A DNA stretch of 64,000 bases from an uncultured virus (IMG/VR IMGVR_UViG_3300017989_000061) (Duplodnaviria > Heunggongvirae > Uroviricota > Caudoviricetes): IMG/VR virus record IMGVR_UViG_3300017989_000061. One strand, given 5' to 3'. Of the stretch, positions 18,127 to 28,510 are shown piece after piece. The notes below the pieces were generated by a model. It was not told the origin of the DNA, did no database searches, and saw only the letters and a list, made by a program, of their open reading frames with translations. Both the position numbers and the translations under genes were made by a program. How positions within the stretch are numbered: the stretch's first letter is position 1; each line of letters begins with the position of its first letter.

Positions 18127-19341
18127 ATGATGAATTTGCTGATGATTGTTGCTGATGACATGACTTACGATCCATTGTCGAACCTCAACATATATGAGAG
18201 CTTTCCTGCAATCAAAAAATTGTCCCAAGAAGGATGTTGTTTCCACAATGGACACACAACCGTAGGGCTGTGTCAGCCAGCACGTTCTGTCATGATGACT
18301 GGAATGTATCCTTGGAACAATGGTGCAACCGGGTTCAACCCAATCAGGCAAGGGGTCAACACTTTGCCTGTATTGTTGAAAAATCTCGGCTTCTCTCTTG
18401 GAATCATAGGGAAAACATCGCATTTAGCACCGGTTTCAGCTTTCCCTTGGGACTTCAAAGAAGAAACCGGAAGGGATGTCCACAAATATGAAAGATTGAT
18501 CAAGTCTTTCTTCAACAGCTTTCAATCACCCTTTTTCCTTATGGTGAATTCGCATGATCCGCACCGTCCATTCCCAATCAAACCCATCTACAAACCAGAA
18601 GACATGTTGGTGCCAGAGTTCCTTGAAGACACTCCTGACACAAGAATGGAACTAGCCAGATATTACACTGGCGTTCGTAACTGTGACAAAATAGTTGAAG
18701 TCACATTGGAACAATTGGGAAAGCAAGAACGTGATACCCTTGTGATATTTACAAGCGACCATGGAATGGCATTCCCTTTTTCAAAAGCACACTGTTACCA
18801 CTTCAGCACACGTATTCCTTTGATCTACAAGCTAAAGGGAGCCGTAGAACAAATGAACGTAAATGAATTGGTGTCAGGGGTAGACATGATGCCGACCATA
18901 TTGGAAACAATGGGCATCAATGTTCCAATCACCAATGGTGAATCCTACTCAGATTTACTCAAAGGAAAAAAGCAAGAGAGAAGACATGCATACACCTGTT
19001 TGATCAAGAACTACTTTGGCACAGAGTTTCAAACCAGAGCATTGCATAACTCCAAATTCTGTTACGTTCGGAACTTCTGGGCAAACAAAGAGTTCTCTGA
19101 GGATGGTTGTCTCGAAAATCAACCTTCATTTATGTCGTTGAACAAATCCAAAAAACATCACATACGAAATAGAACTCCTCAAGAACTTTATGACGTAAAG
19201 AATGACCCCTATGGTCAAAACAATCTTTCAGAGGTCAGGCCAGAAATAGTCAGGGAAATGACTGAAGAAATGCGAAAGGTTGGCAGAGAAGCCAATGACG
19301 AGATTGACAAACTGCTGATCTCTCAAATCAAAAGTTTTTGA
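18127..19341 (+). CDS. Formylglycine-dependent sulfatase (sulfamidase-like)
   Basis: IVADD, CQPARSVMMTG (CxPxR), DPHRPF, TSDHG, ELYD..NDP. Confidence 0.9.
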   Translation: MMNLLMIVADDMTYDPLSNLNIYESFPAIKKLSQEGCCFHNGHTTVGLCQPARSVMMTGMYPWNNGATGFNPIRQGVNTLPVLLKNLGFSLGIIGKTSHLAPVSAFPWDFKEETGRDVHKYERLIKSFFNSFQSPFFLMVNSHDPHRPFPIKPIYKPEDMLVPEFLEDTPDTRMELARYYTGVRNCDKIVEVTLEQLGKQERDTLVIFTSDHGMAFPFSKAHCYHFSTRIPLIYKLKGAVEQMNVNELVSGVDMMPTILETMGINVPITNGESYSDLLKGKKQERRHAYTCLIKNYFGTEFQTRALHNSKFCYVRNFWANKEFSEDGCLENQPSFMSLNKSKKHHIRNRTPQELYDVKNDPYGQNNLSEVRPEIVREMTEEMRKVGREANDEIDKLLISQIKSF

Positions 19342-19405
19342 CCGAACCCTTCGAAAAACTGCTGTGTCCTACTCTCCTAACCTCCTGTATAATGGAGAAA
19401 GAGAG

Positions 19406-20338
19406 ATGGCTAGCGTAACACAAAAACTACACAAAAGAGGGCTGATTCATCCGCCTCCTTGGCTCCCTATGAACGTGCATTACGAAACCGTAATGGGCTC
19501 GGTCGCCTATGGCTGTGCTGATACCAGCGTTAAGAAAAACAGAGTCGCAGACACAGATGTCTACGGTTTTGCTATTCCGCCAAAAGACTACATCTTCCCT
19601 CACCTCAGAGGAGAGATCGCAGGCTTTGGAACACATGGAGAAACCTTTCATAACTGGCAGAAGCATCACATTCTGGACGAAGATGCTAACGCTGGGAAAG
19701 GTGAAGAGTTCGACATCAGTCTGTTCAACATCGTTTCATTCTTTGAATTATGTCGGGGCAATAACCCTAACATGATTGACTCACTGTTTGTGCCCGAAAA
19801 CTGCATCCTTCACTGCACCAACGTAGGTCAGATTGTTCGGGACAACCGGCGTCTATTCTTGTCTAAGTTGTGCTGGAAGAAATTCCGTGGCTACGCCATG
19901 ACGCAACTCAAGAAGATGAATGACAAGAACCCTGTTGGCAAACGAAGAGAAATCATCGACCAACATGGATACGATGTCAAATTTGCCTATCACATCATTC
20001 GTCTGTTCGATGAAGTTGAACAGATCATGTTGGAAGGCGATTTGGACCTTCAGCGTGCCAAAGAGACAATGAAGGCTATCCGTCGTGGAGATTGGACAGT
20101 CGATGAAGTTCGCTCTTGGGCCATGGAAAAGGAGAAAGCTCTTGAGGTTGCTTACACAAAGTGCAAACTCCCAGAGAGACCTCCAGAAAAACCCCTGTAT
20201 GATTTGCTAATCAGGTGTCTTGAAGAACATTATGGTTCTCTGGAAGCCTGTGTAACGCAAACAGACTGGGCCGTTGATGGCCTGAAGGAAGTTGACCAAC
20301 TTTTGGAAAAGTTCCGAACTAAGATGTATAGCAATTGA
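19406..20338 (+). CDS. Pol-beta superfamily nucleotidyltransferase (phage type)
   Basis: GSVAYG..D.D.YG, NNPNMIDSLF, GYDVKFAYH. Confidence 0.8.
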   Translation: MASVTQKLHKRGLIHPPPWLPMNVHYETVMGSVAYGCADTSVKKNRVADTDVYGFAIPPKDYIFPHLRGEIAGFGTHGETFHNWQKHHILDEDANAGKGEEFDISLFNIVSFFELCRGNNPNMIDSLFVPENCILHCTNVGQIVRDNRRLFLSKLCWKKFRGYAMTQLKKMNDKNPVGKRREIIDQHGYDVKFAYHIIRLFDEVEQIMLEGDLDLQRAKETMKAIRRGDWTVDEVRSWAMEKEKALEVAYTKCKLPERPPEKPLYDLLIRCLEEHYGSLEACVTQTDWAVDGLKEVDQLLEKFRTKMYSN

Positions 20339-20341
20339 TGA

Positions 20342-20379
20342 AACCCTGTTGTGCAACAAATTTGTTGCACAACAGGGTT
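20342..20379. repeat. Perfect 38-bp palindrome
   Basis: AACCCTGTTGTGCAACAAA|TTTGTTGCACAACAGGGTT. Confidence 0.9.
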
Positions 20380-20400
20380 GTTGTATACTAATCTAAATCC

Positions 20401-21162
20401 ATGTATGCATCGTTTGTAATTCACTTCCACACTGGTCGCATGGACAACCTACTTCAGACTCTGAGATTCTTGGAAAAGAATCACCCTGAAGTTATCAGTA
20501 AATCTCAGCTAGTGACTGTCTGCCAAAATAAGTGCAAGCCTCTTGAAAACGGATTTCTCGACTACAAACACATCAACATGGATGTCGAGAACATGCAGTT
20601 GCCGAAACTTACCAACACAGGAGTAGCGAACTGTGACGCTGAGAAGATCATCATCTTGGAAAGTGACCGAATACTACCCAAAGGTTACTTCGCTGAAGTG
20701 ATTGACGAAATGCAACTAAGGCATCAATACACCACTTTAGAAATGAACAAACTCACCGCACCAGCAACTGATGAAGAAATTGAAGCTGGAGACTACGAAA
20801 CCACCTGCGACAACAGAAGCAGAAACAACGAATTTGGCATCAAAAACATCTGGAGCGGCAACACAGCAATCATGAAGTCTGACTTCGACAAAGTGGGTCG
20901 AATGGATGACTCCTACACCGGATATGGTTGGGGTGATTATGACATGACATTCACCACTGAATCCAAGGGGATCATCTCAATCTACAAAGAGGGGTACAAA
21001 GAACTTCATCTATGGCATGAAGGCCAAACCTATGGAAGCGGAGACCAAAAGAAGCTTTATATCGACAATTGCTTGAAGTTCTGTCGTAAATGGAACCAAC
21101 CTGTTCCGCAATACATGAAAGAAGAAATCATCAAACATCGAGGAGCGAAACTACACTCATGA
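20401..21162 (+). CDS. Glycosyltransferase GT2/GT7-like
   Basis: LESDRILP, Y.GYGWGD.D, LHLWH. Confidence 0.8.
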   Translation: MYASFVIHFHTGRMDNLLQTLRFLEKNHPEVISKSQLVTVCQNKCKPLENGFLDYKHINMDVENMQLPKLTNTGVANCDAEKIIILESDRILPKGYFAEVIDEMQLRHQYTTLEMNKLTAPATDEEIEAGDYETTCDNRSRNNEFGIKNIWSGNTAIMKSDFDKVGRMDDSYTGYGWGDYDMTFTTESKGIISIYKEGYKELHLWHEGQTYGSGDQKKLYIDNCLKFCRKWNQPVPQYMKEEIIKHRGAKLHS

Positions 21163-22160
21163 ACAAAGCAGTTATTTTTCACTGGTGGCAGGAATGGAGT
21201 CCGGGAAACAAAAGTTCATTTGCTGACACGCCTAAACCATACCAAAACCTTAGAGTGCCGGTGGTATTATCCATAGCAACTCTAAGAGCCCACAACAATT
21301 ACATTCCCATTTATTTAATGGATTGCAGTGATCATCCTGCTGAATGGGATGATTTCCCTGAAAAACTAGACTTCAAAGTCGTACCTTGGAAACCATATCT
21401 GCAAGATTACAAAAATAGAAATGGCTGGAAGAACCTGTCGAGAATGGGTGACATTTACGAGTTTTCAAAAAGAATCCCGGAACAGGAAATTATCTACACC
21501 GATTCTGATATCTTTTGGTTGAAAGATGTTCTGCCTCTTTGGCAACAATCAGACAAATTCTGTTTCAATCATTACAATAGCGGCTTTTACTATTACGACA
21601 AAACCTCGAAACATGTCAAAGATTTCATTGAATTATTCAAAGCATATGTCACTGTAGCTCTCAATGACAAAAACATTCGAAAACAAATCAACAGCACTGT
21701 TAGTTGGGACTTTTGGTACTATGTTTTGGATGAAGTAGTCATGCAGTACATGTGGCAGAAAAACCCTGAATGCGTTAACAAAATAGGTTACGCAGAACAT
21801 GGTTTACCAAGAGATATTCGATGGCCTAATGTCAACGTAAAAGACATCAAAATGTTTCACTCCAATGGAATGGCTGTTGATAACAAATTCCACAAAGTAA
21901 ACGCTGAACAAAAAGATTCACGTGGATTAGTCTGCTTGGTTTTTAAAGAGTTGTATGACGCTATTGCAAAAGTGTTGTCGCAGGAAGACATTGAGTCTAT
22001 CTTCACCAGAGAAGAAATTAACTACTATGTCCCCCTGCAACTTTCAATGATGAACGGAGAACTCGTCCAACGACTTCAAGCAATAGATGTCGATTACAAT
22101 GACGACATTCCGTTCAAAGAAATCATTAATCCAAATTCTTGCAAACAGGAACTTCAGTAA
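21159..22160 (+). CDS. Putative glycosyltransferase (GT-A fold)
   Basis: YTDSDIF DxD motif, NSGF. Confidence 0.65.
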   Translation: MNKAVIFHWWQEWSPGNKSSFADTPKPYQNLRVPVVLSIATLRAHNNYIPIYLMDCSDHPAEWDDFPEKLDFKVVPWKPYLQDYKNRNGWKNLSRMGDIYEFSKRIPEQEIIYTDSDIFWLKDVLPLWQQSDKFCFNHYNSGFYYYDKTSKHVKDFIELFKAYVTVALNDKNIRKQINSTVSWDFWYYVLDEVVMQYMWQKNPECVNKIGYAEHGLPRDIRWPNVNVKDIKMFHSNGMAVDNKFHKVNAEQKDSRGLVCLVFKELYDAIAKVLSQEDIESIFTREEINYYVPLQLSMMNGELVQRLQAIDVDYNDDIPFKEIINPNSCKQELQ

Positions 22161-22335
22161 TCTCTTCGACAACTTCCTCAGTAGAATTTTGCAAGGATGC
22201 AACAACTTCTTCTTTTACTTTCTCCATTGCCTGAACAACACTTTCTTCTAAGTCTGGTGAACATTCATAGCAATAATCTGGAAGAAATCGAGGGTCTTCT
22301 TCTCTTGCTTTTTGACGCAGTGCTTCAATTTCAAG
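22126..22335 (-). pseudogene. 3' part of the gene starting at 11657 (split by inversion)
   Basis: Open frame LEIEALRQKAREEDPRF...VCKNLD* with no start codon at its 5' end. Confidence 0.7.
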
Positions 22336-22826
22336 AAACTCTCAAACTGTTTCATTTTCTCATGTGTCGAATCATCGAAGTTGAAGTAATTTTGGTCAAC
22401 TCCCGATTCGACAACTTTGTCCTTCCAGCAGGAAGCAAGTCTGTCCCAAGGGTTTCTGACGAATGCGAACTTGAAGTAGGATTCAAATAGTTTCGGAGGA
22501 TAATGGCAGAACATAGTGTGTTCTGCATCAAGCCTGACCTGTCCTTGTTTGAATATGTTGAAGATGGTTCTTGTGCAGACCTTTGCTACACGAAACCACA
22601 AGAACTTCTTCTCGTGACAAATTGTGAGGTTGTATCGGCTTTGTGATGGAATGTATGTGTTTGATTTCAAAAACTCTTCACATTGTTTCTGGTAAGCTTT
22701 GCTGGCTTCATCGAGTTGAGCACAAAGGGGCCATTCTTTCTTTAGAGTTCTTATTGTGACACCAGTTGTTTTCAACATCAGATCAGTGGTATATCCTGTA
22801 TCATAGGGAAGCTGTAATTTTGCCAA
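22336..22826 (-). pseudogene. N-terminal half of a Sulfotransfer_2-type sulfotransferase (split by inversion)
   Basis: FRVAKVCTRTI (5'-PSB-like) and FAFVRNPWDRLAS (3'-PB); similarity ends at KQFESFL. Confidence 0.85.
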
Positions 22827-23629
22827 TCAAAGTAGGTATCTCGATCATATCTGAAAAATTGACCTTTGAGCCCATAGTGTTCTTTGACTTTCTTCTTGTG
22901 ATCTGGGTTGTGTCGGTATTGGGCGTATTCGGCATTGTAGACTTTGTATCCCATTATGTTCCCGTTTCTCCAAGATGTATACTGCACCGATGGGTAATGG
23001 ACAACATGAACATCTGGGGTTTCTACCACCTTGAAAAAGTTGGGCAATCTGATGAAGAAATCTTCATGTTCCATCACCTTGAATTCTTCATTCCACTTGA
23101 TGTCGTTTTTTCTGAACGATGTTGTGTTTCCTAGAAAGAAGTTCTGACAGAATCTGCATTGGTAGTATCTGATTCCTGACGTTTTTGATATCGGGATGCT
23201 TTTTAGATCGTAGAATTTGAGCACGATTTCCCCATCATCACGATCAAAAAAACCGCAAAAGTTGATGGGTTCAGTGATCCCATAATCCCAAAGAAGACCT
23301 CCAACGATATCTGCATTTGTGTCATCCATGACTTTAGACATTTTTTGGATGCCCTCGGGGTCTTTCAGGACGAAGTCGCCATCCATCAACAGGAACCTTT
23401 CTGTCTCTACTTTTTCGAGTAGGAGGTTTCTGCCAGCACTCAGACCAATGTTAGGTTGATCTGTTCTATACAGTTCGACATCTAGGTCTTTTATTTTCCG
23501 TTCGGTCTCGGGCAGCATTTCAAAGCTGTCATCGAGAACAATGATCCTGAAATCACAGTGAGACCTGAGAGTCTCGATTGCAAATATCAGCATATCATGT
23601 CGCAGGAATGATTTGAATAGTATGTCCAT
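22778..23629 (-). CDS. Glycosyltransferase GT2 (B4GALNT-like)
   Basis: VLDDS, GLSAGRN, QNFFL, EHEDFF. Confidence 0.85.
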   Translation of the reverse strand: MDILFKSFLRHDMLIFAIETLRSHCDFRIIVLDDSFEMLPETERKIKDLDVELYRTDQPNIGLSAGRNLLLEKVETERFLLMDGDFVLKDPEGIQKMSKVMDDTNADIVGGLLWDYGITEPINFCGFFDRDDGEIVLKFYDLKSIPISKTSGIRYYQCRFCQNFFLGNTTSFRKNDIKWNEEFKVMEHEDFFIRLPNFFKVVETPDVHVVHYPSVQYTSWRNGNIMGYKVYNAEYAQYRHNPDHKKKVKEHYGLKGQFFRYDRDTYFDWQNYSFPMIQDIPLI

Positions 23630-23658
23630 TTTTCAACACTCGTCACTTTACTAGAGTA

Positions 23659-24393
23659 ATGTTTAAGAAACTCCAAGATATACATGGTTTTTGGGTCGGG
23701 GAACCTCTTTCGGAAATGGAAATCATGTCAATGAATTCCTTTCTTTATCACGGTCACAAATACGTTTTGTGGCTTTACGAAGAGTTTGATGGGATTCCAA
23801 GCGGCGTTGATGTGAGGGATGCCAGAGAGATAGTCCAAGAAGATGTTTTGAAACTATGGTTCCCATCATCTGTGAATCACGCTAAACAAACGTTCGCTAA
23901 TTTCTTCCGATACAAGTTGATTGAAAATCAAGGCGATTGGTGGTGTGACTTAGACATCATTTGCTTGAAGCCTTTTGTTGCCCCCGGAGATTTTTTGTTC
24001 ACAAGCGTTCATGACATACCGGTAAGAGAGCAACTCAAACCTTTGGGATTGAAGTTCAATGTGGCCAATGGCTGTTTTTGTGCACCCAAGAACTCTGACT
24101 TGTTGAAATCGATACTGTCTGAAATCGAAGATCAAGCGGGTGTTGGGGATTTTCCATCTTTGTTTGGTGAGTGGGGGACAATTTTGTTTACGAAAAACAT
24201 AGTGAAACATGGTTTGCTGAAACACCATGTGCCTTTTTGGATAGGGCATGGTTACCAGCTTGCCGAGCAACAATACACCGATCCCTCTCTCGAAACACCT
24301 GATTCTCAATGTGTTCACTTCTACAATTACTTGGGCAAAATGGATGCTGTGGACGGGAGTTTATATGATCGCTTAAGAAAGAGGTTCTTGTGA
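23659..24393 (+). CDS. Glycosyltransferase GT32-like
   Basis: FWVG..LS..E, FANFFRY, WWCDLD. Confidence 0.8.
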   Translation: MFKKLQDIHGFWVGEPLSEMEIMSMNSFLYHGHKYVLWLYEEFDGIPSGVDVRDAREIVQEDVLKLWFPSSVNHAKQTFANFFRYKLIENQGDWWCDLDIICLKPFVAPGDFLFTSVHDIPVREQLKPLGLKFNVANGCFCAPKNSDLLKSILSEIEDQAGVGDFPSLFGEWGTILFTKNIVKHGLLKHHVPFWIGHGYQLAEQQYTDPSLETPDSQCVHFYNYLGKMDAVDGSLYDRLRKRFL

Positions 24394-24956
24394 AAATTCT
24401 AGGTGTTGGCTTAAGTAGAACAGGTACATTGTCTTTGTGTGAAGCACTTGGGGTATTGGGCTTCAATGCAATACATTGGGAACCCGAGAGGCTTCGGGAT
24501 GTTATTTTTGGGGATGACCCTTGCCCAAGTTTTGACAGATATGATGACGTAGATGCTGTCACGGATTTACCAGCTTCTGTTTTTTACGATGAGATCAAAG
24601 AAGCTTACCCTGATTGTCGGTTTATCTTAACCACAAGGGATGAGGATTCTTGGTATGAAAGTGTCAGGTATCATTATGATGTGCGTGTGCCTCGTGACAT
24701 GAAAGATAAACCTTTGCTTCTAAGTGAAGCGAGAGCAACTCAGTCATATGTGTATGGCTCTGTTGAGCCAATTGAGTTTCTTTACAAGAAGAGGTTCAAA
24801 GATCATCAGAAATTGGTTTTGAGCAAATACCCTGAAACTTTGGTGATGGATATTGTGGGTGGTGATGGGTGGGACATTCTTTGTGAATACCTAAATTTGC
24901 CAGTTCCTGATATTCCGTTCCCTTTGAGAAACAAAAGCCTTCCTTTACCTTTGTGA
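24390..24956 (+). CDS. Sulfotransferase (Sulfotransfer_4-like)
   Basis: GVGLSRTGTLSL, YPDCRFILTTRD..SWY.S, GWD.LC..L..P.P..PFP. Confidence 0.85.
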   Translation: MKILGVGLSRTGTLSLCEALGVLGFNAIHWEPERLRDVIFGDDPCPSFDRYDDVDAVTDLPASVFYDEIKEAYPDCRFILTTRDEDSWYESVRYHYDVRVPRDMKDKPLLLSEARATQSYVYGSVEPIEFLYKKRFKDHQKLVLSKYPETLVMDIVGGDGWDILCEYLNLPVPDIPFPLRNKSLPLPL

Positions 24957-24965
24957 GAGCCTCAA

Positions 24966-25721
24966 ATGAGACCACTAGCAAGATGGACAATCGGTCCTGT
25001 TTCAAAATCCGGCATGGATGTTTTAAGGGAATCTGTTTTTAGATTCGAAGAAGTGTATCCTGAATTTGAAACCATTGTGTGCTACAACAATATCGATGAA
25101 GTCAAAATCGGATCATGCAAAGCGGGTTTGTATAAACAGTCAACAAATGAGGTTGATTACCCCCTTACATCATTTGATGACCCGCTTTTAGATGTTGAAG
25201 AACCTCTTCGGAGGGCGGGCATGGCAGGTTCTGGCTGGAAGTTGTCGCCTCCCAGATTAAGGTTGGAAGCTCATGAACTGTGGATGGACAATGACATCGT
25301 GATATCAAGTAGGTTGCCAGAAATCGATGATTGGTTAAATCAGTCTGATGCCGGGATCATCTCTGAGGGTAGGCATAGAATATTTGGCGTCTACGAAGAC
25401 TTGGTTCCCAGTCATCTTAGGATATGTGCGGGGTTTTTTGGTGTGCCACCTAATTTTGATTTACATCAGAGCGTAGTGGATTTATGCAACCTTCGTTTGA
25501 AAGGAAAAAGCTTAGGGCATTATGATGAACAAGGTCTTGTAGCGGCGATTGTTACCAATATGGACAACTTCATTGTTGTTTCTCAGGAACATTTGACGAT
25601 TGTTGAAGATCGAGAGCATCTACCGGATGAATTTATGGGGATTCATTTCGTTGGCGTGAATAGGTCAAATGAACATAGTGGTTGGAGTGAATTCAAAAAT
25701 AGGGTTTTGAAAGTAATATGA
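24966..25721 (+). CDS. Putative glycosyltransferase; paralog of 33030..33818
   Basis: RWTIGP, WK..PPRLR...HE..MDND, DEQGL. Confidence 0.65.
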   Translation: MRPLARWTIGPVSKSGMDVLRESVFRFEEVYPEFETIVCYNNIDEVKIGSCKAGLYKQSTNEVDYPLTSFDDPLLDVEEPLRRAGMAGSGWKLSPPRLRLEAHELWMDNDIVISSRLPEIDDWLNQSDAGIISEGRHRIFGVYEDLVPSHLRICAGFFGVPPNFDLHQSVVDLCNLRLKGKSLGHYDEQGLVAAIVTNMDNFIVVSQEHLTIVEDREHLPDEFMGIHFVGVNRSNEHSGWSEFKNRVLKVI

Positions 25722-26788
25722 TGCACGATATTGAAATTTTTCTTCCTGCCTGTTTCAAGGGAAAATATGGCGAGAGAATGGAGTGTTTTAAGAAATATGG
25801 CTTATTGGGCAACTTGTCAGGTCATCGTGTCAAACTGGTCCTTGGTCTGAAAAAAGGGTCATATGATGTACGAACAACGTTGTTTGGGTGGCCAAAACAC
25901 TTACATGTCGAGGTTTTTGAAACTTATTCAGATACACCCGCTCCCAAAGTTTATCAATATTATGATTCACTTAAAAAATTAGATGCCAAATGGTATATGA
26001 GAATAGATGATGACAGCATTACTCATGTTGAAAGATTGTTGAAAGGTTTGTTGAGCATAAACAATAATGAAAAGCATTATTTTACAACAGATACTTGTAT
26101 TGGCGACATTGGTGTAGAAGAAGAATTATTGAATAAGCATAATTTACCATATACCATATTTCAAATGAAACATGAAATCGAAGCTTCTATTATGTCAAAT
26201 GCTTGTGTTAGGGCTATACTCGACAATGAAACAGCGAAAATGTTGATTAAAGAAAGGTTAGAAATATGGCATGGTTATACAGATATTCTCATGTCTTATT
26301 GTTCTAAATTTTGTTCTATTTATCCTGCAAGATACCACAGAATATCTCAGTCTCCTTTGATTGTCCCTTTTATGAAAGAAGATCTGGATCACATACATTA
26401 TTTGTCAAAAGATGTTAATTCGGAGACTTTTAAAATCATTCAAAGATGGATTGATGGTAAAGAAGTATGTGATCCCAGAGTGATGAATACTGAGATAAAC
26501 ATTGAATTAAAATGCAAGAGGGATTCTTTTGATCCAGTGCATAACAGAATTGTGTTAAAGGAAAATAATGGAGTTGGTGTAATTGAAAGTAGAGATGAAG
26601 ATTGGAATTTAGATTCTTGGGTGAGTAGTGGTTCGGAGTTGTTATTTTTTAGCAAAGAGGGCCATAAAAGCCATACTTTTTATTTGCAGAATGGTAAGGA
26701 AGATCAAAAAGGAAAATGTCATTACAGTAAAGACATCATTCCCAGTTTAAATTTCAAACTTAAGAAACAACGTACAAGATATGTCTAG
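25718..26788 (+). CDS. GT31/Fringe-like glycosyltransferase
   Basis: KWYMRIDDDS. Confidence 0.6.
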   Translation: MMHDIEIFLPACFKGKYGERMECFKKYGLLGNLSGHRVKLVLGLKKGSYDVRTTLFGWPKHLHVEVFETYSDTPAPKVYQYYDSLKKLDAKWYMRIDDDSITHVERLLKGLLSINNNEKHYFTTDTCIGDIGVEEELLNKHNLPYTIFQMKHEIEASIMSNACVRAILDNETAKMLIKERLEIWHGYTDILMSYCSKFCSIYPARYHRISQSPLIVPFMKEDLDHIHYLSKDVNSETFKIIQRWIDGKEVCDPRVMNTEINIELKCKRDSFDPVHNRIVLKENNGVGVIESRDEDWNLDSWVSSGSELLFFSKEGHKSHTFYLQNGKEDQKGKCHYSKDIIPSLNFKLKKQRTRYV

Positions 26789-27497
26789 GATCAGATATTT
26801 AGTTACTGGAACCGGTCGATGTGGTACTGTTTTTATGGCAAGGCTGCTTACGAGCTTGGGTGTTCCTTGTGCTCATGAAACCATATTTCAAAATGATGGA
26901 ATTGATGCCGCAACTAAGCGAATGCTCGGAATTACGCCTCTTCATTTAAGTGGAGTTTCTATGCGTGATAGTCAAGATTGGTTAAATCCTGACAATTTGG
27001 AAGCGGAGTCCAGCTATATGGCCGCTCCGTTCTTGAATCATGATTTTCTGATGGATTCATTGGTGATACATGTCGTTAGACATCCTGTAAAAGTCGTGAA
27101 TTCATTTTGCAATTACCTTGATTACTTTCAGTCATCTGATCCAACAAATGCATATGAGGCATTTATTTACAACCATATCCCTGAATTGCGTGATGAATTA
27201 ACTCCTTATGATCGTGGTTGTCTTTATTACGTCCGATGGAATGAAATGATTGAACGAAATTTGATGAATCGAGGTTATTTGTTTCATCGAATTGAAGAAG
27301 GCATAAAACCAATTTTGGAATTTCTGGAAATCGAAGAGCCAGAGGAATTTTTTAAAGACAAGAAAGCGAATACTTTTGAAAAGCCGTGTGCTAAATTTTC
27401 CGTAAAAGACATTGAACAGGATTATGTTCGTGAAACTTTTACGGAAATAGGCAATCGATATGGTTATTCAATGCTATCAGAAAACCTTTTGGTTTGA
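26781..27497 (+). CDS. Sulfotransferase-like protein
   Basis: VTGTGRCGT, IHVVRHP..VVNS. Confidence 0.75.
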   Translation: MSRIRYLVTGTGRCGTVFMARLLTSLGVPCAHETIFQNDGIDAATKRMLGITPLHLSGVSMRDSQDWLNPDNLEAESSYMAAPFLNHDFLMDSLVIHVVRHPVKVVNSFCNYLDYFQSSDPTNAYEAFIYNHIPELRDELTPYDRGCLYYVRWNEMIERNLMNRGYLFHRIEEGIKPILEFLEIEEPEEFFKDKKANTFEKPCAKFSVKDIEQDYVRETFTEIGNRYGYSMLSENLLV

Positions 27498-28484
27498 GTC
27501 ATTTGCTTCAAGAATGTAATCGACATATTCAATGGACATTTGCGATAGATCTGCATTGGCATATTCAAGTCTTTTTCTAAGAGCAGCGGGTGGATTCAAA
27601 AAGAAATCTTCTACTTTTTGAGTCACCATTGATTCATCTTTGATCACTAATCCAGCAGATTTAATCCATTTTCTGTAAATGTCAGTTGGTTGAGTTATTG
27701 GATGAACCTCTTCGGTAGAAACGCCAAACAACCTAAGTAGCTCTGTTTCATCTAAACACATGTGGAGAAATGCTTTGTTGATCTTGTCGTAGAGATGACC
27801 ACCGTGACGAGAGCACCAAGGGTGTGTTCGAAGGTAAATTCTACCATCTGATGTTAGGGAATTTTTAACTTCATTAAGTAGCCCAACTGGATCAGCTTCT
27901 TTGATGTGATCAATGACATCATAAATAATTACGACATCGAAAGGTGCATTCTTTTTAGCTCTTTCAATTTCAGTCGTAAGAATAAGTGTTTCTGTATTAG
28001 GAGTGTTCCATTTTTCCTCTATATCATATCCCACTACTTTAAGAGCGCCTCTTTCTGAGGCTGCTCTTGCCACATGGCCTTCTCCACAGCCCACATCCAA
28101 TATCCTGAGTCCTTCTAAGTGTTCTGTTACAAATATGTCCAGTATTGTTTCAGCTCGTTCAATTTTATCTGATTCACTTTGAGGAATGGCTTCATCGGGA
28201 ACTGCTTTTGGCCAATCATCTGAAGTAATCATTTCTTTCATTTTTGCTAAATCAGATTCATACCGATTGATGCCGGGCATGCCTTTAAGGACAAGTTGTT
28301 CCTCAAGAGACTGAATTCTGTCTGTAGTTTCTTGCAGCTCTGCTAAAACTTCTGACGATTGACGATTGATGACTGTTTTCAACAAAAGAAGCATTTCATC
28401 TAATTTAGATGAAAATTCTATGAGTTGGTTGATTTGTCCTTGGAGTTCTAAAGCGTATTTTTCGATTTGCTTGATATCAATCAT
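27477..28484 (-). CDS. SAM methyltransferase with N-terminal coiled coil (paralog 1 of 3)
   Basis: LDVGCGEG, YDVIDH, RTHPWCSRHGGH. Confidence 0.85.
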   Translation of the reverse strand: MIDIKQIEKYALELQGQINQLIEFSSKLDEMLLLLKTVINRQSSEVLAELQETTDRIQSLEEQLVLKGMPGINRYESDLAKMKEMITSDDWPKAVPDEAIPQSESDKIERAETILDIFVTEHLEGLRILDVGCGEGHVARAASERGALKVVGYDIEEKWNTPNTETLILTTEIERAKKNAPFDVVIIYDVIDHIKEADPVGLLNEVKNSLTSDGRIYLRTHPWCSRHGGHLYDKINKAFLHMCLDETELLRLFGVSTEEVHPITQPTDIYRKWIKSAGLVIKDESMVTQKVEDFFLNPPAALRKRLEYANADLSQMSIEYVDYILEANDSNQKVF

Positions 28485-28510
28485 ATGAATTCTTTCTTTG
28501 AATTATCATA

